Shown here: positions 19,391-28,234 of the stretch, one piece after another
Position numbering within the stretch: the first letter of the stretch is position 1
Layout of the letters: the number at the start of each line of letters is the position of its first letter
Position numbers and translations under genes: made by a program
Notes under the pieces: generated by a model
Told to the model about the DNA's origin: nothing
The model's input: the letters and a program-made list of their open reading frames with translations, nothing else
The model's database searches: none
Origin: Bacilli bacterium
Lineage (GTDB): Bacteria; Bacillota_I; Bacilli_A; RFN20; CAG-826
Assembly (NCBI GenBank): GCA_045600585.1
Contig: JAZRYE010000018.1
Coordinates: forward strand, 21,122-85,121
Direction: 5' to 3'
Length of the DNA stretch: 64,000 nucleotides

Positions 19391-19900
19391 TTATAGCTTA
19401 ACGAATGATTCTCTTTTATGGAAAGACCCACACATTGTTGGGTTTAATGCGAATAGATATTTGTTTGGTACTTCTCCATCTGTATCTATCCTATATAAAT
19501 TATATTCTATGCCTCTTTTTGGGTCATATCCGACCTTGTCTAAAGGAATGAGGATATTTACTAACCATTTTCCATTTTCTTCTTTAGAAGAGGCTTTTAT
19601 AAAACAATCATCAATTAAAGAACCTTTGAATGATTTGCCATCATTATATATCTCTGCTAAAAACACTGTGTTGTTAGGAGCAACTTCAATTTCGTAATAG
19701 TATTTCTTGTCTTCTTTTGTAGATAAGAATATTTCAACAACATCTGCATTATAAATTGCATCATTATATCTATTGGAATAACTATTCATTGAAGGGTGAT
19801 GTGAAACAAAATCCACTTCTAAATATCCATTAGCAATTTTGATATTCGCTTCTGTTTTATAAATGGCTTTTTGATCAGTAATATTTTCTTTTAATTCCAT
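19391..19900 (-). CDS. hypothetical cytoplasmic protein, tentatively a CBM9/DOMON-like beta-sandwich
   Basis: Start placed at MELKENIT (19900). The longer track start at 19927 would lie inside the ppdK terminator. No signal peptide. Pattern VVEIFL...YYEIEVAPNN...YNLYRID recalls the carbohydrate-binding family 9-like fold, from memory only. Confidence 0.55.
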   Translation of the reverse strand: MELKENITDQKAIYKTEANIKIANGYLEVDFVSHHPSMNSYSNRYNDAIYNADVVEIFLSTKEDKKYYYEIEVAPNNTVFLAEIYNDGKSFKGSLIDDCFIKASSKEENGKWLVNILIPLDKVGYDPKRGIEYNLYRIDTDGEVPNKYLFALNPTMCGSFHKRESFVKL

Positions 19901-19914
19901 GCAATTATTATAGC

Positions 19915-19947
19915 AAGAAAAAAGCACCTAGGAATAACCTAAGTGCT
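19915..19947 (-). terminator. intrinsic terminator of ppdK
   Basis: 10-bp stem (19923..19932 / 19938..19947). It is perfect only on the minus-strand RNA, where one pair is G:U (C/A mismatch on the plus strand). Followed by uuuuucuu. Confidence 0.75.
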
Positions 19948-19971
19948 AATTTGTGGCTATATTGCTAAATA

Positions 19972-22605
19972 CTAGCGAGGGAATTTGATAGCAGCTTGTG
20001 CAGCAGCTAATCTAGCAACTGGAACACGGAATGGTGAGCATGAGACATAGTCTAGGCCAGCTTTGTGATAGAATTCGATGGATTTTGGATCGCCACCTGT
20101 TTCACCACAAACACCAACGTGTAAGTCACTTCTTGTTCCACGGCCTAACTTAACAGCGTTTTGGATTAATTTGCCAACACCGTTTTGGTCAAGTGTCTTG
20201 AATGGGTCTTCTTCGAAAATCTTGTTTTCGTAATATGCTGGTAAGAATTTACCTGCATCATCACGAGAGAATCCGAATGTCATTTGTGTTAAGTCGTTTG
20301 TACCGAATGAGAAGAATTCAGCATGTTGAGCAATTTCATCAGCGAGTAATGCAGCACGAGGAATTTCAATCATTGTACCGACGTGGTATTGCATTGCTAA
20401 ACCAGAGTCTTTAATGAGTTTATCTGCAACTTCACAGATGATATTCTTAACGAATTTGAGTTCTCTTTCTTCTAAGACTAATGGAACCATGATTTCTGGT
20501 TTAACCATATGTCCTGTTTTCTTGCTAACGTTGATAGCAGCAGAGATGATAGCTGTTGTTTGCATTTCGCAGATTTCTGGATATGTAACAGCTAAACGGC
20601 ATCCACGGTGACCCATCATTGGGTTAGCTTCGTGTAATTCGTGAATTCTGTCTTTAACTTGTTCGACAGTTTTGCCTGTAGCAACTGCTAATTCTTCGAT
20701 TAAGTTTTCTTCTTGTGGTAAGAATTCGTGTAGTGGTGGGTCTAATAAACGAACGTTAACATTGAATTCACCCATTGTTTCATATAAAGCTTCGAAGTCA
20801 GCTTGTTGCATTGGTTCGAGCTCTGCTAAAGCAGCAACTCTTTGTTCTTTTGTATCAGCAAGAATCATTTTTCTCATAGAGAAGATTCTGTCTTTATCAA
20901 AGAACATGTGTTCTGTACGGCATAAGCCAATACCTTCAGCACCGAAGATTCTTGCTTGTTTAGCATCTCTTGGTGTATCAGCATTTGTTCTAACTTTTAA
21001 TTGACGGTTTTCATCAACCCAAGCCATTAATCTACCGAAGTAGCCAGATGTTAAGTCTGGTTGAACTGTCTTGATAGCGCCTAAGTAGACTTTACCAGTA
21101 GAACCATCGAGTGATAATGTGTCTTGATCTGTATAGACTTTATCACCAATTGTGACTGTTCTCTTATCTTCATCGATAATTGCTGCTGAGCAACCGCAGA
21201 CACAGCACTTACCCATACCACGAGCAACAACAGCTGCGTGAGATGTCATACCACCGCGCATTGTGAGGACGCCTTGTGCAGCGACCATGCCGACGATATC
21301 TTCTGGAGATGTTTCAGCTCTGACCAAGATAACTTTTTCTCCAGCTTTGTTTCTTGCTTCAGCTTCTTCTGCACTGAAAGCAATTTTACCTGTACCAGCA
21401 CCAGGGCCAGCTGCTAAACCTGTAGCAATTGGTGTTTTTGCATCAAGTTCTGCTTTGTCAAAACCAGGTAATAATAATTTATCAAATGATAAAGCGTCAA
21501 TACGGCAAACAGCTTCTTTAGAATCGATAACGCCTTCATCAACTAAATCGCAAGCGATCTTAAGAGCAGCTGCTGGAGTTCTCTTACCATTACGAGTTTG
21601 TAAGAAATAGAGGACACCGTCTTCAACAGTGAATTCCATATCTTGCATATCTCTATAGTGAGCTTCCATTTTTGTAATTGTAGAAACGAATTGTTCATAT
21701 ACTTCAGGCATACGAGCTTTGAGTTCTTCAATGTGTAATGGTGTACGAATACCTGCAACAACGTCTTCACCTTGTGCGTTTGGTAAATATTCTGCTGAGA
21801 TTTTCTTTTCACCTGTACCTGGGTTACGTGAGAATGCAACACCTGTACCTGATGTATCACCCATGTTACCGAATGCCATGGATTGAACGTTGACTGCTGT
21901 ACCCCAAGAATATGGGATGTTGTTCATCATACGATAAACGTTAGCACGTGGGTTGTCCCAGCTTCTGAAGACAGCTGCGACAGCTTCCATTAATTGAACC
22001 TTTGGATCTGTTGGGAATTCTTCACCAAATACTTCTTTATAATATGCTTTGTAGCGGTTTACTAAATCTCTTAATTCTTCAGAAGTAACTTCTGTATCGA
22101 GTTTATAACCTCTGGATTCTTTGAGCTCTTCTAACATTTTATCCATTGCTGTTCTTGGGTGACCCTTTGCAATGTTTGTGAACATAAGAATGAAACGACG
22201 ATAAGAGTCTAATGCGAATCTTTCGTTACCAGATTTTTTAGCTAATGCAGCACATGTTGTTTCATTTAAACCTAAGTTTAAGATTGTATCCATCATACCT
22301 GGCATAGATACTCTAGCACCAGAACGGACAGAGACTAATAATGGGTTGACATCTCCACCAAAGACTTTACCTGTTTTCTTTTCGATATCTTTGACTGCAG
22401 CATAGATAGCGTTTTGAACTGCTTCAGGGATTTGTTTGCCGTTTTCATAATAGAGTGCGCAAACTTCTGTACTAATTGTGAAGCCTTCTGGAACACGAAC
22501 ACCAATGTGTGCCATTTCAGCTAAGCCTGCGCCTTTACCACCAAGGATTTCCTTACCTAAACCGTAAGCTTCCTCGAAGGCATAGACATATTTCTTTTCT
22601 GCCAT
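19972..22605 (-). CDS. ppdK: pyruvate, phosphate dikinase
   Basis: Start moved to MAEKKYVYAFEE (22605), which has a GGAGGA RBS. Motifs GGKGAGLAEM, GGMTSHAAVVARGMG (phospho-His) and CRTEHMF. Confidence 0.95.
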   Translation of the reverse strand: MAEKKYVYAFEEAYGLGKEILGGKGAGLAEMAHIGVRVPEGFTISTEVCALYYENGKQIPEAVQNAIYAAVKDIEKKTGKVFGGDVNPLLVSVRSGARVSMPGMMDTILNLGLNETTCAALAKKSGNERFALDSYRRFILMFTNIAKGHPRTAMDKMLEELKESRGYKLDTEVTSEELRDLVNRYKAYYKEVFGEEFPTDPKVQLMEAVAAVFRSWDNPRANVYRMMNNIPYSWGTAVNVQSMAFGNMGDTSGTGVAFSRNPGTGEKKISAEYLPNAQGEDVVAGIRTPLHIEELKARMPEVYEQFVSTITKMEAHYRDMQDMEFTVEDGVLYFLQTRNGKRTPAAALKIACDLVDEGVIDSKEAVCRIDALSFDKLLLPGFDKAELDAKTPIATGLAAGPGAGTGKIAFSAEEAEARNKAGEKVILVRAETSPEDIVGMVAAQGVLTMRGGMTSHAAVVARGMGKCCVCGCSAAIIDEDKRTVTIGDKVYTDQDTLSLDGSTGKVYLGAIKTVQPDLTSGYFGRLMAWVDENRQLKVRTNADTPRDAKQARIFGAEGIGLCRTEHMFFDKDRIFSMRKMILADTKEQRVAALAELEPMQQADFEALYETMGEFNVNVRLLDPPLHEFLPQEENLIEELAVATGKTVEQVKDRIHELHEANPMMGHRGCRLAVTYPEICEMQTTAIISAAINVSKKTGHMVKPEIMVPLVLEERELKFVKNIICEVADKLIKDSGLAMQYHVGTMIEIPRAALLADEIAQHAEFFSFGTNDLTQMTFGFSRDDAGKFLPAYYENKIFEEDPFKTLDQNGVGKLIQNAVKLGRGTRSDLHVGVCGETGGDPKSIEFYHKAGLDYVSCSPFRVPVARLAAAQAAIKFPR

Positions 22606-22839
22606 ATAATTCCTCCTAATAGGCATAATTGTGAAGACTTTCATCTTCACTCGCGTTGTAAATATTATCACAACCAAACATATATGTAATAGTTTTTTCT
22701 AAAAACATTACTAAAAAATCATTACAAAGTACTATTTTTTGTAGAAAAATACGGATTTTTTACAAGAACCAATTGTTAATTGATGATAATTAATTCCCAA
22801 TAACATATAATTGAAATGTTTTAACGCGGAGAATGTTTT

Positions 22840-24396
22840 ATGAACAACAATCCATTAGTCCTTACAATTGATTTTGGTACACAGTCTGTTCGTACTTCTC
22901 TTTTTGATAAAAGCGGTAGCACAGTTGCGTTAATTAAAAAACCATATGAACCTGCATATTTCTCTACACAAAAAGGATATGCGGAACAAAACGCTGATTT
23001 TTACTGGAGCTATTTAATTGCTTGCTTAAAGCAACTCACTTCTGAAAATGCAAATTTATTAGGAAACATTAAAGCAGCAACAATTACTGCTTTTAGAGAT
23101 ACATCAATACAATTAGACAAAGATCTCAAACCATTGAGACCATGTATTTTATGGTTAGATCAAAGAATGGCGGAAGCTAAAGAAAAAATCCCATTGCTTC
23201 ACAGATTTATTTTCTCTTTAGTTGGTATGAAAGAAGCTATTGTTCTTAATAGAAAAAGAACCATTGCCCATTGGTTAAAAGAAAATGAACCAGAAACATG
23301 GAAAAAGACTTATAAATACACAAGTTTATCCTCATATCTTGTTTATAAATTAACTGGTAATTTATGTGATTCATCATCTTCAATGACAGGTCATTACCCA
23401 ATCAACTATCGAAAGAAAGTTTGGTATAAAGAAGGTGCACTTAAAGGAAGAATTTTCGGTGTACCTAATCGTATGCTTTGTGAATTAAAACAACCAGGTG
23501 AAGAACTTGGCATCATTTCTGACGCTATCGCGGAAGAATGTGGATTACCAAAAGGCATTAAACTTATTGCTTCTGGAAGTGACAAAGCTTGTGAAACAAT
23601 TGGACTTGGTGCACTTAGTAAAGATGTCGCTGCAGTATCTTATGGAACAGCTTGTTCTATTGAAGTTAGCAATCAAAAATATCATGAACCTGAACCATTC
23701 TTACCTGCTTATCCAGCAGCAGTTCCTGGTTGGTACAACATGGAAGTACAAGTTTATAGAGGATATTGGATGTTAACATGGTTCTCTAAAGAATTTGCTT
23801 CTGAATTAATTGATGAAGCCAAGATTCAAAGAATGGCGGTTGAAGAAATTTTGAATAAAGACTTATCTCATATTCCTCCAGGAAGTGATGGCCTTGTATT
23901 ACAACCTTATTGGGGACCAGGATTATCTCGTCCATTAGCTAAAGGATCTGTAATTGGCTTCTCTGATATTCATACTAGAGCACATCTATATCGTGCAATT
24001 ATTGAAGGTATTGCCTATGCATTAAAAGAGGGTTTGCATTCAATAGAAAAATCACAAAGACATCGTGTTCATTCTATTAAAATATCTGGTGGTGGATCTC
24101 AAAGCTCTGCAATATGTCAAATAACCGCAGATATATTCGGATTACCTGTTTCACGTGTTCAAACTTATGAAACAACTTCTTTAGGTGCTGCTATATCATG
24201 TTTTACCTCAATTGGTGAGTATAGTAGTGTAGAAGAAGCAACGAATGCTATGTCGAGAGTCACAAAGACATTCCTACCAAATAAAGAGCATCAAAAGAGA
24301 TATGAATATCTTTATAAAAAGGTATATTTAAAGATGTATCCACAATTAAAAGATGTTTATAAAGATCTTAAAAAATACGACAACAAGGAATGGTAA
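22840..24396 (+). CDS. FGGY-family carbohydrate kinase
   Basis: 518 aa. LTIDFGTQSVR N-terminal motif and ISGGGSQS C-terminal motif. Confidence 0.85.
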   Translation: MNNNPLVLTIDFGTQSVRTSLFDKSGSTVALIKKPYEPAYFSTQKGYAEQNADFYWSYLIACLKQLTSENANLLGNIKAATITAFRDTSIQLDKDLKPLRPCILWLDQRMAEAKEKIPLLHRFIFSLVGMKEAIVLNRKRTIAHWLKENEPETWKKTYKYTSLSSYLVYKLTGNLCDSSSSMTGHYPINYRKKVWYKEGALKGRIFGVPNRMLCELKQPGEELGIISDAIAEECGLPKGIKLIASGSDKACETIGLGALSKDVAAVSYGTACSIEVSNQKYHEPEPFLPAYPAAVPGWYNMEVQVYRGYWMLTWFSKEFASELIDEAKIQRMAVEEILNKDLSHIPPGSDGLVLQPYWGPGLSRPLAKGSVIGFSDIHTRAHLYRAIIEGIAYALKEGLHSIEKSQRHRVHSIKISGGGSQSSAICQITADIFGLPVSRVQTYETTSLGAAISCFTSIGEYSSVEEATNAMSRVTKTFLPNKEHQKRYEYLYKKVYLKMYPQLKDVYKDLKKYDNKEW

Positions 24397-24398
24397 TC

Positions 24399-24545
24399 AT
24401 GGAAGAAGAAAAGAAACCAGTCAAAAGAAGAAGACGTTCTAGATATCTCACAGGCGAAGATATTGATATGTTTCGCGAAAGAGAAAGAGAAGAAAGAAGT
24501 CGTCGAGAAATACCAATCTGTGATAGAAATATTGATGGAGCCTAA
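24399..24545 (+). CDS. possible 48-aa Arg/Glu-rich small protein
   Basis: The ATG is 2 nt after the kinase stop, with AAGGAA about 7 nt upstream. It is followed within 15 nt by a strong terminator. Sequence [48 protein letters not shown]. No family recognised. Confidence 0.3.
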   Translation: MEEEKKPVKRRRRSRYLTGEDIDMFREREREERSRREIPICDRNIDGA

Positions 24546-24558
24546 TAAATATACAAGG

Positions 24559-24592
24559 AAGCGCTTAATAGGTTAAAAAGCGCTTTTCTTTT
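24559..24592 (+). terminator. intrinsic terminator of the FGGY-kinase unit
   Basis: aagcgctt ... aagcgctt 8-bp stem followed by ttcttt. Confidence 0.7.
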
Positions 24593-24703
24593 ACAATTGT
24601 GAATGTGACAAGCGTAACAGAATGTAGACAGTAGTGGAGCAAAAATTACTTTGCTTTTTAAAACACTGACAATAAGATAGAAAGCAAGAAAGAGGTAAGC
24701 GTT

Positions 24704-25600
24704 ATGGCGAATTATCAATTATTTACTGACTCTAGCTGTGACCTCAGTACAGAAGTACGTAAGAACTTAAATATTGATTACTTACATTTTGGTATTGTTC
24801 TCGATGGCGAAGAAAAACCTGCTGATCTTGATTGGCAAGCATATTCATATGATGAATTATATAATTGGCTCAAGGCTGGTAGAAAATTAAAAACCACTCA
24901 AGTTTCATATCCAGAAATCATGGAAAAATGCCGTCCATATTTAGAAAAAGGAATGGATATCATCTATGTCGGTTGTTCTAGTGCTTTAACTGGATCTGTT
25001 GGATTCTTTAATACAGTTAAACAAGAATTACTCGATGAATTCCCAGGAAGAAAAATTATTGGCATCGATTCTCTTGCAGCGAGCTGCACATTAGGTATGC
25101 TTGTTGTTGATGCAGCAAAGCAAAGAGATGCTGGATTATCTATAGAAGAATTAGAAAAATGGGTAGAAGACCATAAATTCCGTTACAACCAATGGTGCAC
25201 AGTCGAAACTCTTAAATACTTAAAAGAAGCGGGAAGAGTTAAAGCTGGCGCTGCTTTCTTTGGTGATATCATCGGTGTTAAACCTATCGTTATTTCTGAT
25301 AGAAAAGGTAATAACTTAGCAATTACAAAAGAACGTGGTTCTAAGAAAGCATTAAATGCAATTTTTGAAGGCGTCAAAAATACAATTCATAAAGACGAAT
25401 GCGATGTTGTTTTTGTTGCTGATGGTGATAACAAAGATGCCGCAGATGCTCTTGAAAAGAGATTTGTTGAAGAACTTGGCGTTAAAGTTGTAAGAGAAAA
25501 GATTGGACCAATTGTCGGTATTACATGTGGCCCTGGCGTTATCGCTGCTTTCTGTTATGGCGAAGAAGTCACTAGATTCGAAGGCGACGGAATTAAATAA
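24704..25600 (+). CDS. DegV-family fatty-acid-binding protein
   Basis: 298 aa. N-terminal LFTDSSCDL and the overall DegV pattern. AAGAGG RBS. Confidence 0.9.
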   Translation: MANYQLFTDSSCDLSTEVRKNLNIDYLHFGIVLDGEEKPADLDWQAYSYDELYNWLKAGRKLKTTQVSYPEIMEKCRPYLEKGMDIIYVGCSSALTGSVGFFNTVKQELLDEFPGRKIIGIDSLAASCTLGMLVVDAAKQRDAGLSIEELEKWVEDHKFRYNQWCTVETLKYLKEAGRVKAGAAFFGDIIGVKPIVISDRKGNNLAITKERGSKKALNAIFEGVKNTIHKDECDVVFVADGDNKDAADALEKRFVEELGVKVVREKIGPIVGITCGPGVIAAFCYGEEVTRFEGDGIK

Positions 25601-25619
25601 GCATTAATTATTTGAAAAC

Positions 25620-25647
25620 AAGATGGCGTTATCGGCCATCTTTTTTC
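25620..25647 (+). terminator. intrinsic terminator after the DegV gene
   Basis: aagatggc-gttatcg-gccatctt followed by tttttc. Confidence 0.7.
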
Positions 25648-25753
25648 ATGCTCCATAAAGTGTTAATTAACTTTTACACAATATGATTTGTAATGATTTT
25701 ACCCATACGTATACGCATTTTTTCGCGAATCAATGCATTTTTCGTGCCTAAAA

Positions 25754-25762
25754 TGATATAAT
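25754..25762 (+). promoter_or_regulatory. extended -10 (TGaTATAAT) upstream of the EAL gene
   Basis: tgatataat lies 34 nt upstream of the ATG. A GAGG RBS lies between them. Confidence 0.45.
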
Positions 25763-25795
25763 AAAATATCCTAAATCTTACATGAGGTCATATCT

Positions 25796-27871
25796 ATGAT
25801 TAATCCCCCAGAATTCGAGTACATCGAGTTATTTGAACAAGAAGCCATGAAGGAAGAAAGCAAACACTTTTCTAATATTTTCCGTTTGGACATTGAAAGA
25901 AATAAATTGTACCCATATCGTTTAAGCGATTTTCTTAAAGGGCATTATAAAGATCGTCTTTATTCAATTCTTGATTATCGTCAAATGTTATTATCTTTTG
26001 TTCTTGAAAGAGTTGAAGAAAGCGAACGAGATAATATGATTCAAAAGCTTTTACCAGAAAGACTTTCTTCATATCTCAAAGAAAACAATGAACTTGAAAT
26101 ATTCTTTAGTGAGGCAAGAGAAGAACAAATATTCTTTGATCGCTTGATTATTAAACGTTTAGGTGACTCAACTTCTGAATGCTTTGTTGGTATTGAATCA
26201 AGCATTAAAGAACCGATATCTCGTAAAAAATATCACCTCTTTGATAAAAATGTTGTACTTGTCGGATCTAAGGACGAGAAGTTAAACGAACTTTTAAGAA
26301 ATAAGTATGTTTTATTTGAAGTTAATACATTAGAAGAAGCTATTGATGAAATAAACAATAACCACGATCATATTACAGTTGTTTTTATTGGAAATAACAT
26401 TTCTGAAGCAGACTCTATTTCATTGTTGAAATATGTAAAAAATAACGATGTTTTAAAATTCATCCCGGTAATTATGTCTCTTCTTCCTGAATGGGAAAAT
26501 TCAGAAGCTGATTTATTTAAATTAGGTGCCTCTGAAGTTATATATGCACCTTATTGCTATGATGTGGCTTTAACTCGTTTAAATGCGGTCATATCACATC
26601 GTGAAGTTAAAGAAATAATTAAGGCTACTGAAAAAGATCCTGCTACAGGATTCTTATCTCGTGACTTCTTTTTCCAATATTCAAGAAGAACTCTTCATGC
26701 ACAAAAGAATAAAGAATATTACTTTGTTATTGTTGAAATTGATAATTTCCAAGTACATTTAGATAAATATACTGAAATAGTTGGCGATCTTATTCTTAAA
26801 CACGTCGCTACAGTTATTGAGAACAACGTTCAAGATATTGTTCACATTGGAAGAATTAGTGATGATCAGATTGCCTTCTTAAGAGAAGCCAAGCCTTTTG
26901 ATGATCATAATAATCTTATTGAAGCTGTTAAAGAAAATTCGCCTATCCCAAATTTAGCAATTAAGGTCGCTGTATCTACAACTAAAACAAGTAGATCAAT
27001 AAAAATCTTATCTAAGGATGCTGAAATTGCCTTGTCAAAGATTAAACAACAATATGGTGTTTCTATTGCTGTTTATAACGAATCAATGGAACTTGAAAAG
27101 CAAAAAGAATTACGTATTTTAAGTTCGATGGAAGCAGCGTTAGAAAAAGGACAATTCTCAATTTATTATCAACCTAAATTTGAAGCTGCCACCGGAAAGA
27201 TATGTGGAGCAGAAGCCTTAGTTAGATGGATGCATCCAGAATATGGTTTTATGAACCCTAATGATTTCATTCCTTTATTTGAAAGAGTTGGATTTATTAG
27301 AGGACTTGATAGATTTATATTTGCTCGCGTTTGCCAAGATATTGTTAGATGGAAAACAATGGGTTTTGAACTTATTCCTATCTCTGTTAACTTATCAAGA
27401 CGCGATTTTGAAACCGGAGACTTGGCTGATTGGATTTTAAATTTGCTTGATACAATGGGTATTCCACATAATTTAATCCATACTGAAATCACTGAATCAG
27501 CGTATACGTATAACCCAGAATTAATCGCATCAAGTGTTGAAAAATTACATGATAATGGAGTAGTAATCGAATTAGATGACTTTGGTATTGGTTATTCATC
27601 CTTAACAATGCTTAATAGAATGCCAATCGATATTCTAAAAATCGAAAAAGAAATTGTTCAACAAGACAAATGTGATGGAACTAGAAGTATCTTAGATTTC
27701 TGTGTTGTTCTTGCTAAGGTAGCAGGATATCAAACAGTTGTTGAAGGTATTGAAAATGAAACTCAATTGAATCGTGTAAGAAAACTTGGATGTAATTATG
27801 TTCAGGGGTTCTTATATTCAAGACCTATTCCTGTTGGTGAATTCGAGATATTTTGGAAAACACATTTATAA
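25796..27871 (+). CDS. c-di-GMP phosphodiesterase: N-terminal unknown domain, pseudo-receiver, degenerate GGDEF, EAL
   Basis: 691 aa. The EAL domain keeps EAL (27212..27220), SVNLS, EITE, DDFG, EGIE and QG. The GGDEF position reads RISDDQ (26852..26869). The receiver-like fold lacks the DD pair, the phospho-acceptor Asp and the conserved Lys. Confidence 0.85.
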   Translation: MINPPEFEYIELFEQEAMKEESKHFSNIFRLDIERNKLYPYRLSDFLKGHYKDRLYSILDYRQMLLSFVLERVEESERDNMIQKLLPERLSSYLKENNELEIFFSEAREEQIFFDRLIIKRLGDSTSECFVGIESSIKEPISRKKYHLFDKNVVLVGSKDEKLNELLRNKYVLFEVNTLEEAIDEINNNHDHITVVFIGNNISEADSISLLKYVKNNDVLKFIPVIMSLLPEWENSEADLFKLGASEVIYAPYCYDVALTRLNAVISHREVKEIIKATEKDPATGFLSRDFFFQYSRRTLHAQKNKEYYFVIVEIDNFQVHLDKYTEIVGDLILKHVATVIENNVQDIVHIGRISDDQIAFLREAKPFDDHNNLIEAVKENSPIPNLAIKVAVSTTKTSRSIKILSKDAEIALSKIKQQYGVSIAVYNESMELEKQKELRILSSMEAALEKGQFSIYYQPKFEAATGKICGAEALVRWMHPEYGFMNPNDFIPLFERVGFIRGLDRFIFARVCQDIVRWKTMGFELIPISVNLSRRDFETGDLADWILNLLDTMGIPHNLIHTEITESAYTYNPELIASSVEKLHDNGVVIELDDFGIGYSSLTMLNRMPIDILKIEKEIVQQDKCDGTRSILDFCVVLAKVAGYQTVVEGIENETQLNRVRKLGCNYVQGFLYSRPIPVGEFEIFWKTHL

Positions 27872-27946
27872 TCTTTGTTATTCAAGGAGAGTAATATACT
27901 CCCTTTCAATATTTAGCTTAGTGATTTATAATAAAGTTACTTGGTG

Positions 27947-27989
27947 GTGATTGTTGAGATTTGCTATCTCAGCGATCACTTTTTCTTTT
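27947..27989 (+). terminator. strong intrinsic terminator downstream of the EAL gene
   Basis: 14-bp stem gtgattgttgagat / atctcagcgatcac (two G:U pairs on the plus-strand RNA), loop ttgct, then tttttctttt. Confidence 0.8.
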
Positions 27990-28035
27990 CAACCAAGAGA
28001 ATAATCAATACCAAAATGATAATGACGTATTCCAT
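27976..28035 (-). CDS. speculative 19-aa hydrophobic peptide (type I toxin-like)
   Basis: MEYVIIILVLIILLVEKKK. Its 3' end is complementary to the plus-strand terminator. Only a weak SD (gag). Overlaps the alternative ORF at 27989..28102. Confidence 0.15.
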   Translation of the reverse strand: MEYVIIILVLIILLVEKKK

Positions 28036-28102
28036 ATAACTCAAATTTCACAAAAGCTACATCTACTAGGTTTCCTTTACCCTCCCTGAATTTAGGTTGC
28101 AT
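27989..28102 (-). CDS. speculative 37-aa ORF (alternative reading of the same spacer)
   Basis: MQPKFREGKGNLVDVAFVKFELYGIRHYHFGIDYSLG. AGGGGG lies 8 nt upstream of the ATG. No family recognised. Confidence 0.2.
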   Translation of the reverse strand: MQPKFREGKGNLVDVAFVKFELYGIRHYHFGIDYSLG

Positions 28103-28188
28103 AGTTTATGCCCCCTACTTTATTAATAGGGAGAAAAATCGAAATCTTTCCAAAAAATAATGAAAAATGTTTAGTTTTGTAAAAATAA

Positions 28189-28216
28189 AAGTACTTCTAA
28201 TTGAAGTGCTTTTTTT
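28189..28216 (+). terminator. orphan plus-strand intrinsic terminator 19 nt upstream of the RimK-like gene
   Basis: aagtacttc-taatt-gaagtgctt (9 bp including one G:U, which becomes a C/A mismatch on the minus strand), followed by ttttttt. Confidence 0.6.
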
Positions 28217-28234
28217 AAATGTTATTATTAATAC

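Noticed and set aside
20672-21610. Several 65-115-aa plus-strand ORFs
   Set aside because: All are antisense to ppdK, which has unambiguous motifs on the minus strand.
22606-22677. Longer N-terminal extensions offered by the ORF track: ppdK to 22677, mnmE from 12716, secA from 58511, rsmI to 37887, and the 19391 gene to 19927
   Set aside because: Internal ATGs have proper RBSs and match conserved N-termini. The extensions run through terminators or promoters and use TTG or GTG starts or lack an SD.
22770-22800. Inverted repeat ttaatt-gatgat-aattaa in the ppdK / FGGY-kinase divergent region
   Set aside because: It is a 6-bp all-A/T repeat, expected by chance at this base composition.
24638-24660. 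Second small hairpin with a T-run upstream of the DegV gene (possible attenuator)
   Set aside because: The stem is 6 bp with only two G:C pairs, too weak to call in an AT-rich genome.
25711-25746. Direct repeat gcatttttt-cg / gcattttt-cg upstream of the EAL gene promoter (possible operator)
   Set aside because: It is short and T-rich, occurs only twice, and no palindrome or known motif is present. It is likely a chance match.
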